Of a stretch of DNA of 64,000 bases, positions 9,439 through 18,159 are shown piece after piece. The stretch is from Candidatus Sericytochromatia bacterium. GTDB lineage: Bacteria > Cyanobacteriota > Sericytochromatia > S15B-MN24 > VGJW01. Position 1 is the first letter of the stretch. Each line of letters opens with the position of its first letter. The stretch lies in contig JAYKHS010000004.1 in assembly GCA_035285865.1 (NCBI GenBank), positions 32,001 to 96,000 of the forward strand, read 5' to 3'. The notes below the pieces were generated by a model. That model saw only the letters and a list, made by a program, of their open reading frames with translations, did not search any database and was not told where the DNA came from. A program made the position numbers and the translations under genes.

Positions 9439-9523
9439 GGAGGGTAAGCGAACGGTGAGCGGGCCGCCTCGAAAGCGGTTGCCGGTGATGAGCCGGTTGC
9501 GGGTTCGAATCCCGTGCCCTCCG
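9439..9523 (+). tRNA. tRNA-Ser(CGA) with long variable arm and atypical D-arm/acceptor
   Basis: Acceptor GGAGGGT/GCCCTCC, discriminator G, anticodon arm GCCGC-CT-CGA-AA-GCGGT, variable stem GCCGG/CCGGT, TTCGAAT T-loop; CCA not encoded. Confidence 0.85.
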
Positions 9524-9530
9524 CCTCGAT

Positions 9531-9562
9531 GCAACGGCCGCCCTGTCCCGGGCGGCCGTTGC
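9531..9562. terminator. Hairpin between tRNA and convergent cheX-like gene
   Basis: gcaacggccgccc-N6-gggcggccgttgc perfect 13-bp stem. Confidence 0.7.
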
Positions 9563-9574
9563 CTTCAAGCCGGG

Positions 9575-10450
9575 TCAGGCTGCGTCGGAGCCGTGAACCT
9601 GGATCAGGCAGTCGAACTGATGATTGATCGAGATCAAGGTGGCGTGGATGATCTCGGCATCGCTGTCCGGCTTCAAGGAGTTGGCCGGCTGGATAACCGG
9701 TGGAAGCAGGCCGGCGTTGCGGTTGCGTACGCTCAGCTTGGCCGCGATATTGCCACAGATGATGTTGACGAACTCCTGCCCGGCGTCCTGGACCAATTCA
9801 TCCACGGCCTGCAGATCTTCCTCGAGCATCCTGCTTGCCATGTTGAGCAGCAGGCCTTGGGGCACGTTGAGGGTGAAGGTCGCCTCGAGGTCGCCGGTGA
9901 AGCGTTGGGATATGGTCCAGTCCCGGGCCATCCACGTGTCCATGCCTTCCCTGCAGTCCTCGATGAGGACGTTCTCATGCAGGACGCGTTTGAACATCTT
10001 GAGCACCGTGTCCAAGACGTCCGCCACCATCTCGGCGTCTTTCAGGCGGATCAGCGCCCCGCGGATCATCATCTGGCTGGCCTGCTGGTCTGCACGGAAC
10101 TGAGCCAGTTCCGACTCCACCTCGTCCCGGGTCATGAAGCCCTTCTCGATCAGGGCCTCGCCGAGGAATATCCGATGGGACTTCTGCAGCTCAATCAGCT
10201 CGAGGAGTTGTTCCTGCGTCAGCAGGCCGAGATCCACCGCAAGGTCCCCGAACAGTCGATCCGTGGTGCGCTGCGCAAGGTTGATGCGCTGGACCTGGGC
10301 ATCGGTGAGGTAGCCCTTGCCCAGTGCAAGTGTACCGAGGCGCGCGTTCGTGACGTTCTGGTATTCGACGGCAGCAAGCAGCTGCCGATGGTCGATGCGA
10401 CCTCTTTCGAGCAGGTACTGCCCGAAGAATCTTACGGTGGTGACAATCAT
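9575..10450 (-). CDS. CheX-family phosphatase fused to four N-terminal MshEN-like repeats
   Basis: C-terminal E-x-x-N motif (QEFVNIICGN) and LLPP; N-terminal 29-aa repeats of the xLGxxLxxxGxxxxxQLxxxxxxQ type. Confidence 0.75.
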   Translation of the reverse strand: MIVTTVRFFGQYLLERGRIDHRQLLAAVEYQNVTNARLGTLALGKGYLTDAQVQRINLAQRTTDRLFGDLAVDLGLLTQEQLLELIELQKSHRIFLGEALIEKGFMTRDEVESELAQFRADQQASQMMIRGALIRLKDAEMVADVLDTVLKMFKRVLHENVLIEDCREGMDTWMARDWTISQRFTGDLEATFTLNVPQGLLLNMASRMLEEDLQAVDELVQDAGQEFVNIICGNIAAKLSVRNRNAGLLPPVIQPANSLKPDSDAEIIHATLISINHQFDCLIQVHGSDAA

Positions 10451-10463
10451 GCCTGCACCGTGC

Positions 10464-10844
10464 CTAGCTATTACCCTCGTAGGCCTTCTGCAGGGCCTGG
10501 AGGAGGGTGTCACGCTCGAAGGGTTTCATCACGAAATTGCGGGCGCCCTTCTTGATGGACTCCAGCACCTTGTCCTTGCTGCCGAGCGACGAGACCATGA
10601 CGACGCGGGCCTCGGGATCGAACGTCAGGATGTTGGAGAGGGCGGTGACGCCGTCGACCTCGGGCATGACGATGTCCATCACCACGAGATCCGGCCGGAC
10701 TTCCTTGTAGCGTTCGAGGGCCTGCTCGCCGTTGGCGGCCTCTGCGACCGGTTCGAAGTTCGAATCCTGGATGGTTTTCTTGAACATCATCCGCAGTGTC
10801 ATCGAGTCATCCACGATGAGCACGCGAATCTTGGAACTGTCCAT
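10464..10844 (-). CDS. cheY: CheY-like response regulator
   Basis: VLIVDDS..LR, EAANG, MDIVMP..DG, VSS, KPF. Confidence 0.85.
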   Translation of the reverse strand: MDSSKIRVLIVDDSMTLRMMFKKTIQDSNFEPVAEAANGEQALERYKEVRPDLVVMDIVMPEVDGVTALSNILTFDPEARVVMVSSLGSKDKVLESIKKGARNFVMKPFERDTLLQALQKAYEGNS

Positions 10845-10943
10845 AAGGGCGGTGGGACTACCTGGGCTGCGTGGCCTGCGCGTGACGCGCGAGCCGGGGT
10901 TCGTCCCCAACATACCCACCCTGCCGACGTCGTGACAAGCAGG

Positions 10944-10979
10944 GCGGCCCGGCATCCAGACGGTCGAATGCCGGGCCGC
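10944..10979. terminator. Stem-loop directly after the small ORF 10986-11102
   Basis: gcggcccggcat-N12-atgccgggccgc 12-bp inverted repeat. Confidence 0.6.
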
Positions 10980-10985
10980 TCCGGT

Positions 10986-11102
10986 TCAGGAGCGTCGCGT
11001 GACGAGGAAGATGCCCCATCTCGAGGGCGCGAAGAGGTAGCCGTTGCCCTTGGCATCGGTGATCGCCGGACGGACGGGCGGATGGACCGGATGCATCCAC
11101 AT
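10986..11102 (-). CDS. Putative 38-aa small protein MWMHPVHPPVRPAITDAKGNGYLFAPSRWGIFLVTRRS
   Basis: ATG preceded by GGGGAG; followed by a hairpin; lies in an otherwise unassigned ~540-bp gap. Confidence 0.4.
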   Translation of the reverse strand: MWMHPVHPPVRPAITDAKGNGYLFAPSRWGIFLVTRRS

Positions 11103-11261
11103 GATCGTGACCTGTTCTCCCCTGGATGGGGAAAGCGGCCGATGGCGCGGTGCTGTCAGCGATGGGACGAATGTCCTGGAGTGACGTTGGCCGGTGATGG
11201 TTCGCGGGGATGCGCCATTGCATCCGGGTCGACCACCGACCGGAGGATGCCATGTGTCTTT

Positions 11262-11315
11262 CAAATTATTGTTCGCCCGCCGTTGGCGAACATTTGCTCG
11301 ACGAACAAATATTTG
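11262..11315. promoter_or_regulatory. Three CGAAC-N4-(G/A)YTYG boxes, LexA/SOS-box-like
   Basis: caaattattgttcg (11262-75, reverse), cgaacatttgctcg (11287-300), cgaacaaatatttg (11302-15) in an AT-rich patch. Confidence 0.5.
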
Positions 11316-11385
11316 CCAAATCCTGTGGACCCGTGGGCTGCAAACCCCGCCAGTGCTATGATGAAGTCATCAGGAGGATATTGTC

Positions 11386-11781
11386 ATGATCACTTTGCTT
11401 CCCGATGCGACCAAGAAGGTCCGCGAGTTTCTTGCGGCCCAGGACCGTGACGACCTTGCACTGCGCATCTTCGTCAAGCCGGGCGGATGCTCGGGTTTCA
11501 GCTACGGCATGGGTCTGGACGAGCCCAAGGCCGAGGATCACGTGACTGAGGTCGAGGGGATCCGCGTCGTTGTCGATCCCGGCAGCCTCAAGCTGGTTTC
11601 GGGTGCTGTCGTGGACTTCAAGAACTCCATGCTGGGCGGTGGCTTTGCCATCACGAATCCCAATGCCGCTTCCTCGTGTGGTTGCGGGTCTTCCTTCCGT
11701 CCCAAGGACGAGGACGAGTCGGCCGAGGACGATGCCGTTCCTGCTGGCGCCGCTTGCGGGTCCGGCGGCGGTTGCTGCTGA
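11386..11781 (+). CDS. iscA: A-type Fe-S carrier (HesB/IscA/ErpA family)
   Basis: GGCSGFSY and NPNA..CGCGSSF; RBS AGGAGG. Confidence 0.9.
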   Translation: MITLLPDATKKVREFLAAQDRDDLALRIFVKPGGCSGFSYGMGLDEPKAEDHVTEVEGIRVVVDPGSLKLVSGAVVDFKNSMLGGGFAITNPNAASSCGCGSSFRPKDEDESAEDDAVPAGAACGSGGGCC

Positions 11782-11795
11782 TCCAGGTCGTTTCC

Positions 11796-11823
11796 CGGGC
11801 TCGGACCAACTGGTCCGGGCCCG
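11796..11823 (+). terminator. Stem-loop after iscA
   Basis: cgggctcggacca-ac-tggtccgggcccg. Confidence 0.55.
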
Positions 11824-11922
11824 ATGCCTTTGGGCAGGCTTAAAGGGAATGCGCCCCCGGGGCAAGGTACTTGCAAGGTAACACCGGCAAGTTGGGAGCG
11901 TACTGCACACGCGGAGGTTTTC

Positions 11923-13485
11923 GTGCCTGTTCGTTCCCTTGTTCGTGGCCTGTTGCCCCCCGGTCTCGCGCTCATTGCCGGAGGATGCGTCAGGGGCCCC
12001 GATGCCCCGCCGATGCCGGCCCTGGGCGAAGGACCGCGTCCCGAGGCCCTGCTGGTCCAGATGAGCGGCAACGTGCCGCTGCCTGGCGGAGAGCCTGTGG
12101 CCCCGGGCTGGCAGCGCGTCGTACCGGCACCGGGTGTCACGGCCGAGGATGCGCTGCGGAGGCTGTCCGCGCGTCCGGGTGTCCTCTGGGCCGAGCGTTC
12201 TGCGCGCTACCGCGTCCAGGGCTTTCCTGCGCCGCAGGTTCCCGCCCCGGTTCGCATCCTGATGGCGCTTGGTGATCCGGATGACCCCCGCCTCGGTGAG
12301 TGCTGGGGTCATGCGCGGGTCGGAGCCCAGTCTGCCTGGGGCAAGACCCGAGGTGCGTCGGAGATGTTGGTTGGTGTTGTCGATACAGGCCTCGAGACCC
12401 GGCACGAGGACATGCTTGGCGGCCGCGTCCAGGCCGGTCCCAATCTGGTGCAGCCTGGCCGTTCCCCCGAGGATGAGGTCGGTCACGGTACCCACGTTGC
12501 GGGCACCATCGGCGCCACGGGCAACAACGGCATCGGCCTAGCCGGCATCTCCCACGGTGCGCGCGTCGTCAGCATCAAGGTGCTGGGTGGTGATGGCTCG
12601 GGTAGCGTCGAGGACATCGCCGCCGGCATTCGGGCCGCCACGGCGGCCGGGGTCCGAGTCTTGAATCTTTCGCTCGGCGGCAACCAACCTTCGCGCCTGC
12701 TTGCCGAGGCCGTGGCCGACGCCGTGCGCCATGACATCGTCGTGGTCGCCGCCGCAGGCAACGATGGGGACACGCGTCCCACCTATCCCGCATCCCTGCC
12801 GGGCGTGCTTGCCGTCGGGGCGACGGACCGTCAGGACCATAAGGCCACGTTCTCGAATCACGGGACCTACGTGGGGATCGCAGGTCCCGGGACCGACATC
12901 CTCTCCACCACGGGCGGGGCCTACAGGACCTATTCCGGCACGAGCATGGCCTCCCCGCACGTGGCTGCGGCCGCTGCGTTGTTGCGCAGCGTACGACCGG
13001 ACCTGCCGGCGTCGCGCATCGTGGCCCTGCTCAAGTCCTCGACCGTTCCCGCATCGGGCTTCGGCTTCGCCGTACCACGTCTCGACGTGGCTCAGGCGCT
13101 GACCCTCGCCGAGGCCGAAGCGACGGGCAGTCTGCCCCTGCCTCCACCCGCGGGCGGGGAACCCCTGCCATCGCCAGCCCCGTCTCCGGCAGATCCGTCC
13201 GGGATGATTTCGGCCATCGAGGTTCGCCAGCCGTCGCGGGGCATCCTCCACCTGGCCTGGAGCACCCGTGAACCGGCCCGCTGCGCGCTTGGCATGCGTA
13301 CGGGGGAGGGGACCGCCTGGAGGCTCCAGGCGCATTCCCGGGATGGTCTTCGCCATGAGGTCCTGGTGCCTGAAGTAGGCGAGGCTGGCAGCTTGCAAGC
13401 GCGCGTCACGGCGCGCCTCGGCGATGGCAAGCGGCTCGCGGGGCCTTGGACGCCGCTGGCGGACGGACGCGCGAGCGGGGTCTAG
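11923..13485 (+). CDS. S8 subtilisin-like serine protease, probable lipoprotein
   Basis: Triad VDTG / HGTHVAG / GTSMASP; lipobox AGGC; GTG start with GGAGG; C-terminal beta-rich domain. Confidence 0.88.
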   Translation: MPVRSLVRGLLPPGLALIAGGCVRGPDAPPMPALGEGPRPEALLVQMSGNVPLPGGEPVAPGWQRVVPAPGVTAEDALRRLSARPGVLWAERSARYRVQGFPAPQVPAPVRILMALGDPDDPRLGECWGHARVGAQSAWGKTRGASEMLVGVVDTGLETRHEDMLGGRVQAGPNLVQPGRSPEDEVGHGTHVAGTIGATGNNGIGLAGISHGARVVSIKVLGGDGSGSVEDIAAGIRAATAAGVRVLNLSLGGNQPSRLLAEAVADAVRHDIVVVAAAGNDGDTRPTYPASLPGVLAVGATDRQDHKATFSNHGTYVGIAGPGTDILSTTGGAYRTYSGTSMASPHVAAAAALLRSVRPDLPASRIVALLKSSTVPASGFGFAVPRLDVAQALTLAEAEATGSLPLPPPAGGEPLPSPAPSPADPSGMISAIEVRQPSRGILHLAWSTREPARCALGMRTGEGTAWRLQAHSRDGLRHEVLVPEVGEAGSLQARVTARLGDGKRLAGPWTPLADGRASGV

Positions 13486-13976
13486 TCCTCGCCCCTCGGT
13501 CGCACGCGGCGCGGTTTGCGCGGAGGCGTGGTCTCGACGGGGCGTTGGGTTCCCGGAGCAGGGGCGGTCGAAGCAGCAGGGGCCGGAGTCGGCGGTGCGG
13601 TCCGCGGGGTGCGCGCCGCCGCCCGCGCCAGCCCGAAGGCGGTGGCGGCGGCACCGACGCCAAGCCAGGCGGCATAGGCCAGCAGTCCGAGAAAGTAGAA
13701 CTGAGGCGTATCCGGCGTGACCAGAGCATCGGCCGGCATCTGACCTCTCAGGAAGGCATAGGTGCCGGCCCCTGCGGCGAGGCCGCCGCCCAGCCACAAC
13801 AGGCCTTCCGTCGTGTCGCCCGCGAGCATCTGTCCGGCTCCTGGAACGATCAGCGAGGCCCATGGCGCCGCCGGGTGCACCGCTGCCACATCCGGGGAGG
13901 CTGTCGGCATCGTGGGGTTGGCCAAGGCCGTACTCAGTGCCAGGGTCAGGATCGTGCTCTTCACGTCCGGAAGCAT
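13482..13976 (-). CDS. Hypothetical membrane protein
   Basis: Signal-like N-terminus, SLIVPGAGQ motif and hydrophobic helices; start uncertain. Confidence 0.55.
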   Translation of the reverse strand: MLPDVKSTILTLALSTALANPTMPTASPDVAAVHPAAPWASLIVPGAGQMLAGDTTEGLLWLGGGLAAGAGTYAFLRGQMPADALVTPDTPQFYFLGLLAYAAWLGVGAAATAFGLARAAARTPRTAPPTPAPAASTAPAPGTQRPVETTPPRKPRRVRPRGED

Positions 13977-14031
13977 AGCGCAAGCGGGCTCGGGGGTGGC
14001 ATCATGGAGTGTTTCCGAGGGAGGAAATGCG

Positions 14032-14940
14032 ATGGGAGCCACGACCGGTTATCGCACGCCCGTGCTCAATTTCGGCAACCTGCCTGCGGAGATGGCGGAT
14101 CTCGCCACGGCCAAGGTCAACATCCTGCCCATGCCGTACGAGGGGACGACGTCCTACCGTGGCGGCACCAAGGACGGTCCGACGGCCATCCTGATGGCGT
14201 CGCGCCAGGTCGAGCTGTATGACGACGAGCTGGATGCCGAGCCATGTGAGGTGGGCATCGCGACTTTGCCCGAGATCGAGCCCTCCCGTCGGGATTACAT
14301 GGCCCCCATCGAGCAGACCTGCACGGGTGTGCGTGAAATTCTGGACCGTGGCCGGTTTCCGATCGTGCTAGGAGGCGAGCACAGCATCAGCGCCGGCACG
14401 ATTCAGGCCATGCTCGAGCGCTATCCGGATCTGTCCATCCTTCAGATCGATGCCCACGCCGATCTGCGGGATGCCTACGAGGACACGCCCCAGAGCCATG
14501 CCAGCGTGATGCGTCGCATCGTCGAGATGAAGGTGCCCCTCACGCAGGTCGGCATTCGCAACATCTCGGCCGAGGAGATGGCCTTCTGGAAGAAGCATCG
14601 GCCCTCGACCATCTTCTGGGGTCGGGACTGTCGCCCGGGGCGATTCAACCCGGCCGAGATCGTCGCCACGCTGGGTCCCAGGGTTTTCCTGACCATCGAT
14701 ATCGACGGGCTCGATCCCACGCTCGTCCCGGCGACGGGGACGCCGGAACCGGGTGGATTGGGCTGGTACGAGGTGCTGGATCTGCTGCGCGAGTTGTTCC
14801 GCACGCGCGAGGTGGTCGGTGCCGACCTGCTCGAGCTGGCGCCCATTCCCGGATTCGTCGCGCCGGACTTTCTGTGTGCCCGCCTGATCTACAAGATCAT
14901 CGGCTACAAATACTTCCTGAGCGATTCGGCTCAGGATTGA
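14032..14940 (+). CDS. speB: Agmatinase (ureohydrolase family)
   Basis: GGEHSIS, DAHADL, SHA, DIDGLDP, TGTPEPGG. Confidence 0.9.
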   Translation: MGATTGYRTPVLNFGNLPAEMADLATAKVNILPMPYEGTTSYRGGTKDGPTAILMASRQVELYDDELDAEPCEVGIATLPEIEPSRRDYMAPIEQTCTGVREILDRGRFPIVLGGEHSISAGTIQAMLERYPDLSILQIDAHADLRDAYEDTPQSHASVMRRIVEMKVPLTQVGIRNISAEEMAFWKKHRPSTIFWGRDCRPGRFNPAEIVATLGPRVFLTIDIDGLDPTLVPATGTPEPGGLGWYEVLDLLRELFRTREVVGADLLELAPIPGFVAPDFLCARLIYKIIGYKYFLSDSAQD

Positions 14941-15008
14941 CCGCCGACGGCCCCGTGCCGTGGGGTCAAGTGCCCCCCGTTGCGTGCGGCGGGCCATCGA
15001 CTTCGTCG

Positions 15009-17108
15009 TCAACCGCGAAGGATGCGGAAGACGTGTACCACGCACATCTGACTCTCCACGACAATCAGGTGATCGCCCTCGTCGAGGGCCAAGGCTTCCG
15101 GAGTCGACTGGAAGGGCCCGGCACCCATGCCGCCCATGTCCAGCACCGGCGTACCGTCTCCATCGAGCACCTGGATCCGCCGATTGCGGGAGTCGGCGAC
15201 GAACAAGTGCCCGGACGCGTCCACCGCGATGTCGCGTGGGGTCTGGAACTGTCCGGGGTTGCTGCCGGGACCGCCGAACGTGGCCATCAGGCGGTTGCCG
15301 TGATACCGCAGGATTCGGTTCGACTTCGTGTCCGTGACGAACAGATCGCCCGACGCGGCCAGTGCGACGCCCCACGGGGCTTGCAGGTCTTCGGTCAGGA
15401 CCGAGGCGATCCGGTCTCGGGTGTCGATGATGACGACCCGACCCTGGGCGTTATCGGTAAGGATGAGCTCGCCGTTTGGCGTGGCCTGGATGCGGGTGGC
15501 CGGAGGGACGGGTTCCTGGTTGACCGAGATCCGCTGCGTGATGCCGACGGAGACGCCATTGGCATCTACCTTGAAGAGGCGCGTATCCTCGGCGTCGCCG
15601 ATGACCATGACGCCTCGAGGCATCAGAGCCATGGAACGGGGGGCGGTTGGGACGCTGGCCCCCAGTGGTCGGACGAAGCCCTTGAAACGACCGTTCAGTT
15701 CGAAGCTCTGGATGCGCCCGTTGCCGGTATCCGCCACGTGGATCCGCTTGCTCCGATCGACGATGACACCGCGCGGGCTGTTGAACTCACCGGCTTCCTT
15801 GCCACGCTTGCCAAAGCTGCAGATCAGCTCCAGGCCCCGGACCGGCCCGAGGACGGCTTCCGAGGACGAACGTGTCTGCCGGAATCCGACCTCACCCGCC
15901 ATCGCCGCGTTCAGCGCAAGCGCTCCGGAACCGACGCGCTCGGGCGGCAGCGGTGAAGCTGGGGGGGCGGGGACAGGCGGAAGCTGACCCGAGCGGGAGG
16001 GCACCGACAATTGCGGCTTGCTCGGCATCTGCAACTGCGGGCCGGCTGCGCCGGGCATCGGTGCCTGGGATTGCGGGGGCGCCGGGGCCATGGGCTGAAG
16101 CGGGTCTACCCGTCGCGCCACGGGGGGCTGGGGCAATGGAGGCAGGGGACCCAGTGCGCCCGTGCCACCGAAGTTCGACTTGCCGCAAGAGGGACAGACA
16201 CGCGTGCCCTGGGGCAAGGGGGCCTGGCAGTGACGACATGGAGCGAGCTTGGGACGAGCCTGCTGGTCGAGAGGAGGCAGGCTCTTGAGCGATTCCTGCA
16301 AGGCGTATTCCATCTCGGCCGCCCGGCGGTAACGATTTTCCGGCTCTTTCTGCAGCGCCTTCATGATGACGCTCTCGAGGCGGTCCGGGATGGCCGGGTT
16401 GAGGTCCCGAAGCGGTTGGGGCGCCTCGTTCATGATCTTGAGGATGGTGCCACCCAGGTTGCCTGCATCGAAGGGCGTCTTGTAGGCCAGCATCTCGTAG
16501 AGCAGGGCGCCTAACGAGAAGAGGTCAGCCCTTCCATCGACGCTTCGCGAGTCCGTCAACTGCTCCGGCGAGATGTAGGCGATGGTGCCCAGGGTCGTGC
16601 CCGTCTGCGTCAGGCTGGGTAGGTCCGACTTCACCCGCGCCACGCCGAAGTCCATCAGCTTCACCGAGCCATCGCCTCGGACCTGGATGTTATCCGGCTT
16701 GATGTCCCGATGGACGATGCCGGCCTGATGCGCGTAGTCCAAGGCCCTGCAGATCTGGCTGCCGATGTCGATGACCTGCTGGAAGCTGAGCGGCACGCGC
16801 TGTTCGAGAAGGCTGCCCAGTGAGCGGCCCTCGACCAGTTCCATCGCCATGTAATAGCGGTCGCCGTCGTGGCCCATGTCGTAGACCGCCACGATGTTGG
16901 GGTGGCGCAAGCTCGAAGCTGCCGAGCCTTCGCGTTTGAAGCGCTCGATGGTTTCTTGCTTCTCGGACTCGGGCAGGGCGGCTGCCATCACCAGTTCCTT
17001 GAGGGCGACCGGTTCGGTCCGGCTGTCGGACTGGGCCACGTAGACTACGCCCATGCCACCGCGACCCAGCTCGCGGAGGATTTGGTAGGGGCCCAGGCGG
17101 TCCGTCAT
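15009..17108 (-). CDS. Hanks-type Ser/Thr kinase with zinc ribbon, Pro-rich linker and NHL repeats
   Basis: GRGGMG, VALK, HRDIKPDN, DFG, YISPEQ; CxxC...CxxC; NHL repeats (GEFNSPRGV..VADTGNGRIQ); no transmembrane helix seen. Confidence 0.9.
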   Translation of the reverse strand: MTDRLGPYQILRELGRGGMGVVYVAQSDSRTEPVALKELVMAAALPESEKQETIERFKREGSAASSLRHPNIVAVYDMGHDGDRYYMAMELVEGRSLGSLLEQRVPLSFQQVIDIGSQICRALDYAHQAGIVHRDIKPDNIQVRGDGSVKLMDFGVARVKSDLPSLTQTGTTLGTIAYISPEQLTDSRSVDGRADLFSLGALLYEMLAYKTPFDAGNLGGTILKIMNEAPQPLRDLNPAIPDRLESVIMKALQKEPENRYRRAAEMEYALQESLKSLPPLDQQARPKLAPCRHCQAPLPQGTRVCPSCGKSNFGGTGALGPLPPLPQPPVARRVDPLQPMAPAPPQSQAPMPGAAGPQLQMPSKPQLSVPSRSGQLPPVPAPPASPLPPERVGSGALALNAAMAGEVGFRQTRSSSEAVLGPVRGLELICSFGKRGKEAGEFNSPRGVIVDRSKRIHVADTGNGRIQSFELNGRFKGFVRPLGASVPTAPRSMALMPRGVMVIGDAEDTRLFKVDANGVSVGITQRISVNQEPVPPATRIQATPNGELILTDNAQGRVVIIDTRDRIASVLTEDLQAPWGVALAASGDLFVTDTKSNRILRYHGNRLMATFGGPGSNPGQFQTPRDIAVDASGHLFVADSRNRRIQVLDGDGTPVLDMGGMGAGPFQSTPEALALDEGDHLIVVESQMCVVHVFRILRG

Positions 17109-17133
17109 GGCCTTGAAAAGAGCGATCCGGCGG

Positions 17134-17889
17134 TCAGGCAGGAAGTTGGACGAGGACGATGGTGATGTTGTCGTATCCGCCACGATCGATCGCGAGGTCC
17201 ATCAGGCGCTGGCAGGCGTCCTGCGGGTCGGCTTCCTCGAGGGCGATGTCGCGCATCTCGTCGTCGTTCACGAGGCCCGACAGGCCGTCCGTGCAGAGGA
17301 GGAGGCGATCGCCGGGCTGCCACGGGAACTGATGGGTATCCGGCTCGAGATCCATCTGCATGCCGAGGCAGCGGGTGATGACGTTGCGATAGGGGTGGTG
17401 AAGCGCTTCGAGTGGGGTGATGGCCCCTGCCTTTAGCAATTGGGCCACGACCGAGTGGTCCTCGGTGACCTGTTCGATCTCGCCTCCGCGGATAAGGTAG
17501 GCGCGCGAGTCCCCAACGTGGCCGATGATGACCTGGTCACCCACCAGCATCGCCATCGTGGCCGTCGTGCCCATGCCCCGCATGGTCGCATCCGACAAGG
17601 ACGCCTGCACGATCTGGCGGTTGGCTTCGAGGAAGGCCCGGACAAGAGTCGGTGCGTCAGCCGTGCCCGCGGCAGCATGGTCGACCATCGTGCTGGCCAG
17701 CACCTCGACCGCTGTCTGGGCCGCCTTCTCGCCTGCGAGGTGACCGCCCATGCCATCCGCCACGAGATATAGTCCGTCTTCCGGACTGCATGCGAAGCAA
17801 TCCTGGTTGATTTCCCGGACCTTGCCCACGTCCGTGAGGCAGCCCAGCAGGATGGTCAGGTCGTCGCTCTGCGTTGTCACGTCGTTCAC
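17134..17889 (-). CDS. PP2C-family Ser/Thr phosphatase
   Basis: REINQD, VADGMGG, HVGDSR, LCTDGL, GGYDNIT; GTG start overlaps upstream stop. Confidence 0.92.
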   Translation of the reverse strand: MNDVTTQSDDLTILLGCLTDVGKVREINQDCFACSPEDGLYLVADGMGGHLAGEKAAQTAVEVLASTMVDHAAAGTADAPTLVRAFLEANRQIVQASLSDATMRGMGTTATMAMLVGDQVIIGHVGDSRAYLIRGGEIEQVTEDHSVVAQLLKAGAITPLEALHHPYRNVITRCLGMQMDLEPDTHQFPWQPGDRLLLCTDGLSGLVNDDEMRDIALEEADPQDACQRLMDLAIDRGGYDNITIVLVQLPA

Positions 17890-18158
17890 CTGTGGCTTGG
17901 CCGCCTGCGAAGGGCCTCGTTGACCTGGTCCTGGGTGCAATACCCACCTTCCAGGAGGATCTGGGCGAGCGGCAGACGCTGCTCCGCCTGATGGGCCAGC
18001 GCCTGGTTCAAGGTTTCTTCCGTCAGTGCGCCCATCTCCATGAGCAGAATACCCAGTCCCGAGGGCCCGGCAACGGTGGGCGTCGTGGGAAGGTTCTGGA
18101 AATCGAACGAGAAATCGGTCTGGAAGGGGTCGAAGTTGAACGCGCTGCCGTCGCTCAT
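17886..18158 (-). CDS. Small stand-alone MshEN-like protein
   Basis: GLGILLMEMGALTEETLNQALAHQ-AEQRL-PLAQILLEGGYCTQDQVNEAL; starts 1 bp after the gyrA stop. Confidence 0.7.
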   Translation of the reverse strand: MSDGSAFNFDPFQTDFSFDFQNLPTTPTVAGPSGLGILLMEMGALTEETLNQALAHQAEQRLPLAQILLEGGYCTQDQVNEALRRRPSHR

Positions 18159-18159
18159 G

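Noticed and set aside
9439..9523. tRNA-Sec or suppressor identity for the odd tRNA
   Set aside because: Anticodon is CGA (Ser), not TCA or CTA
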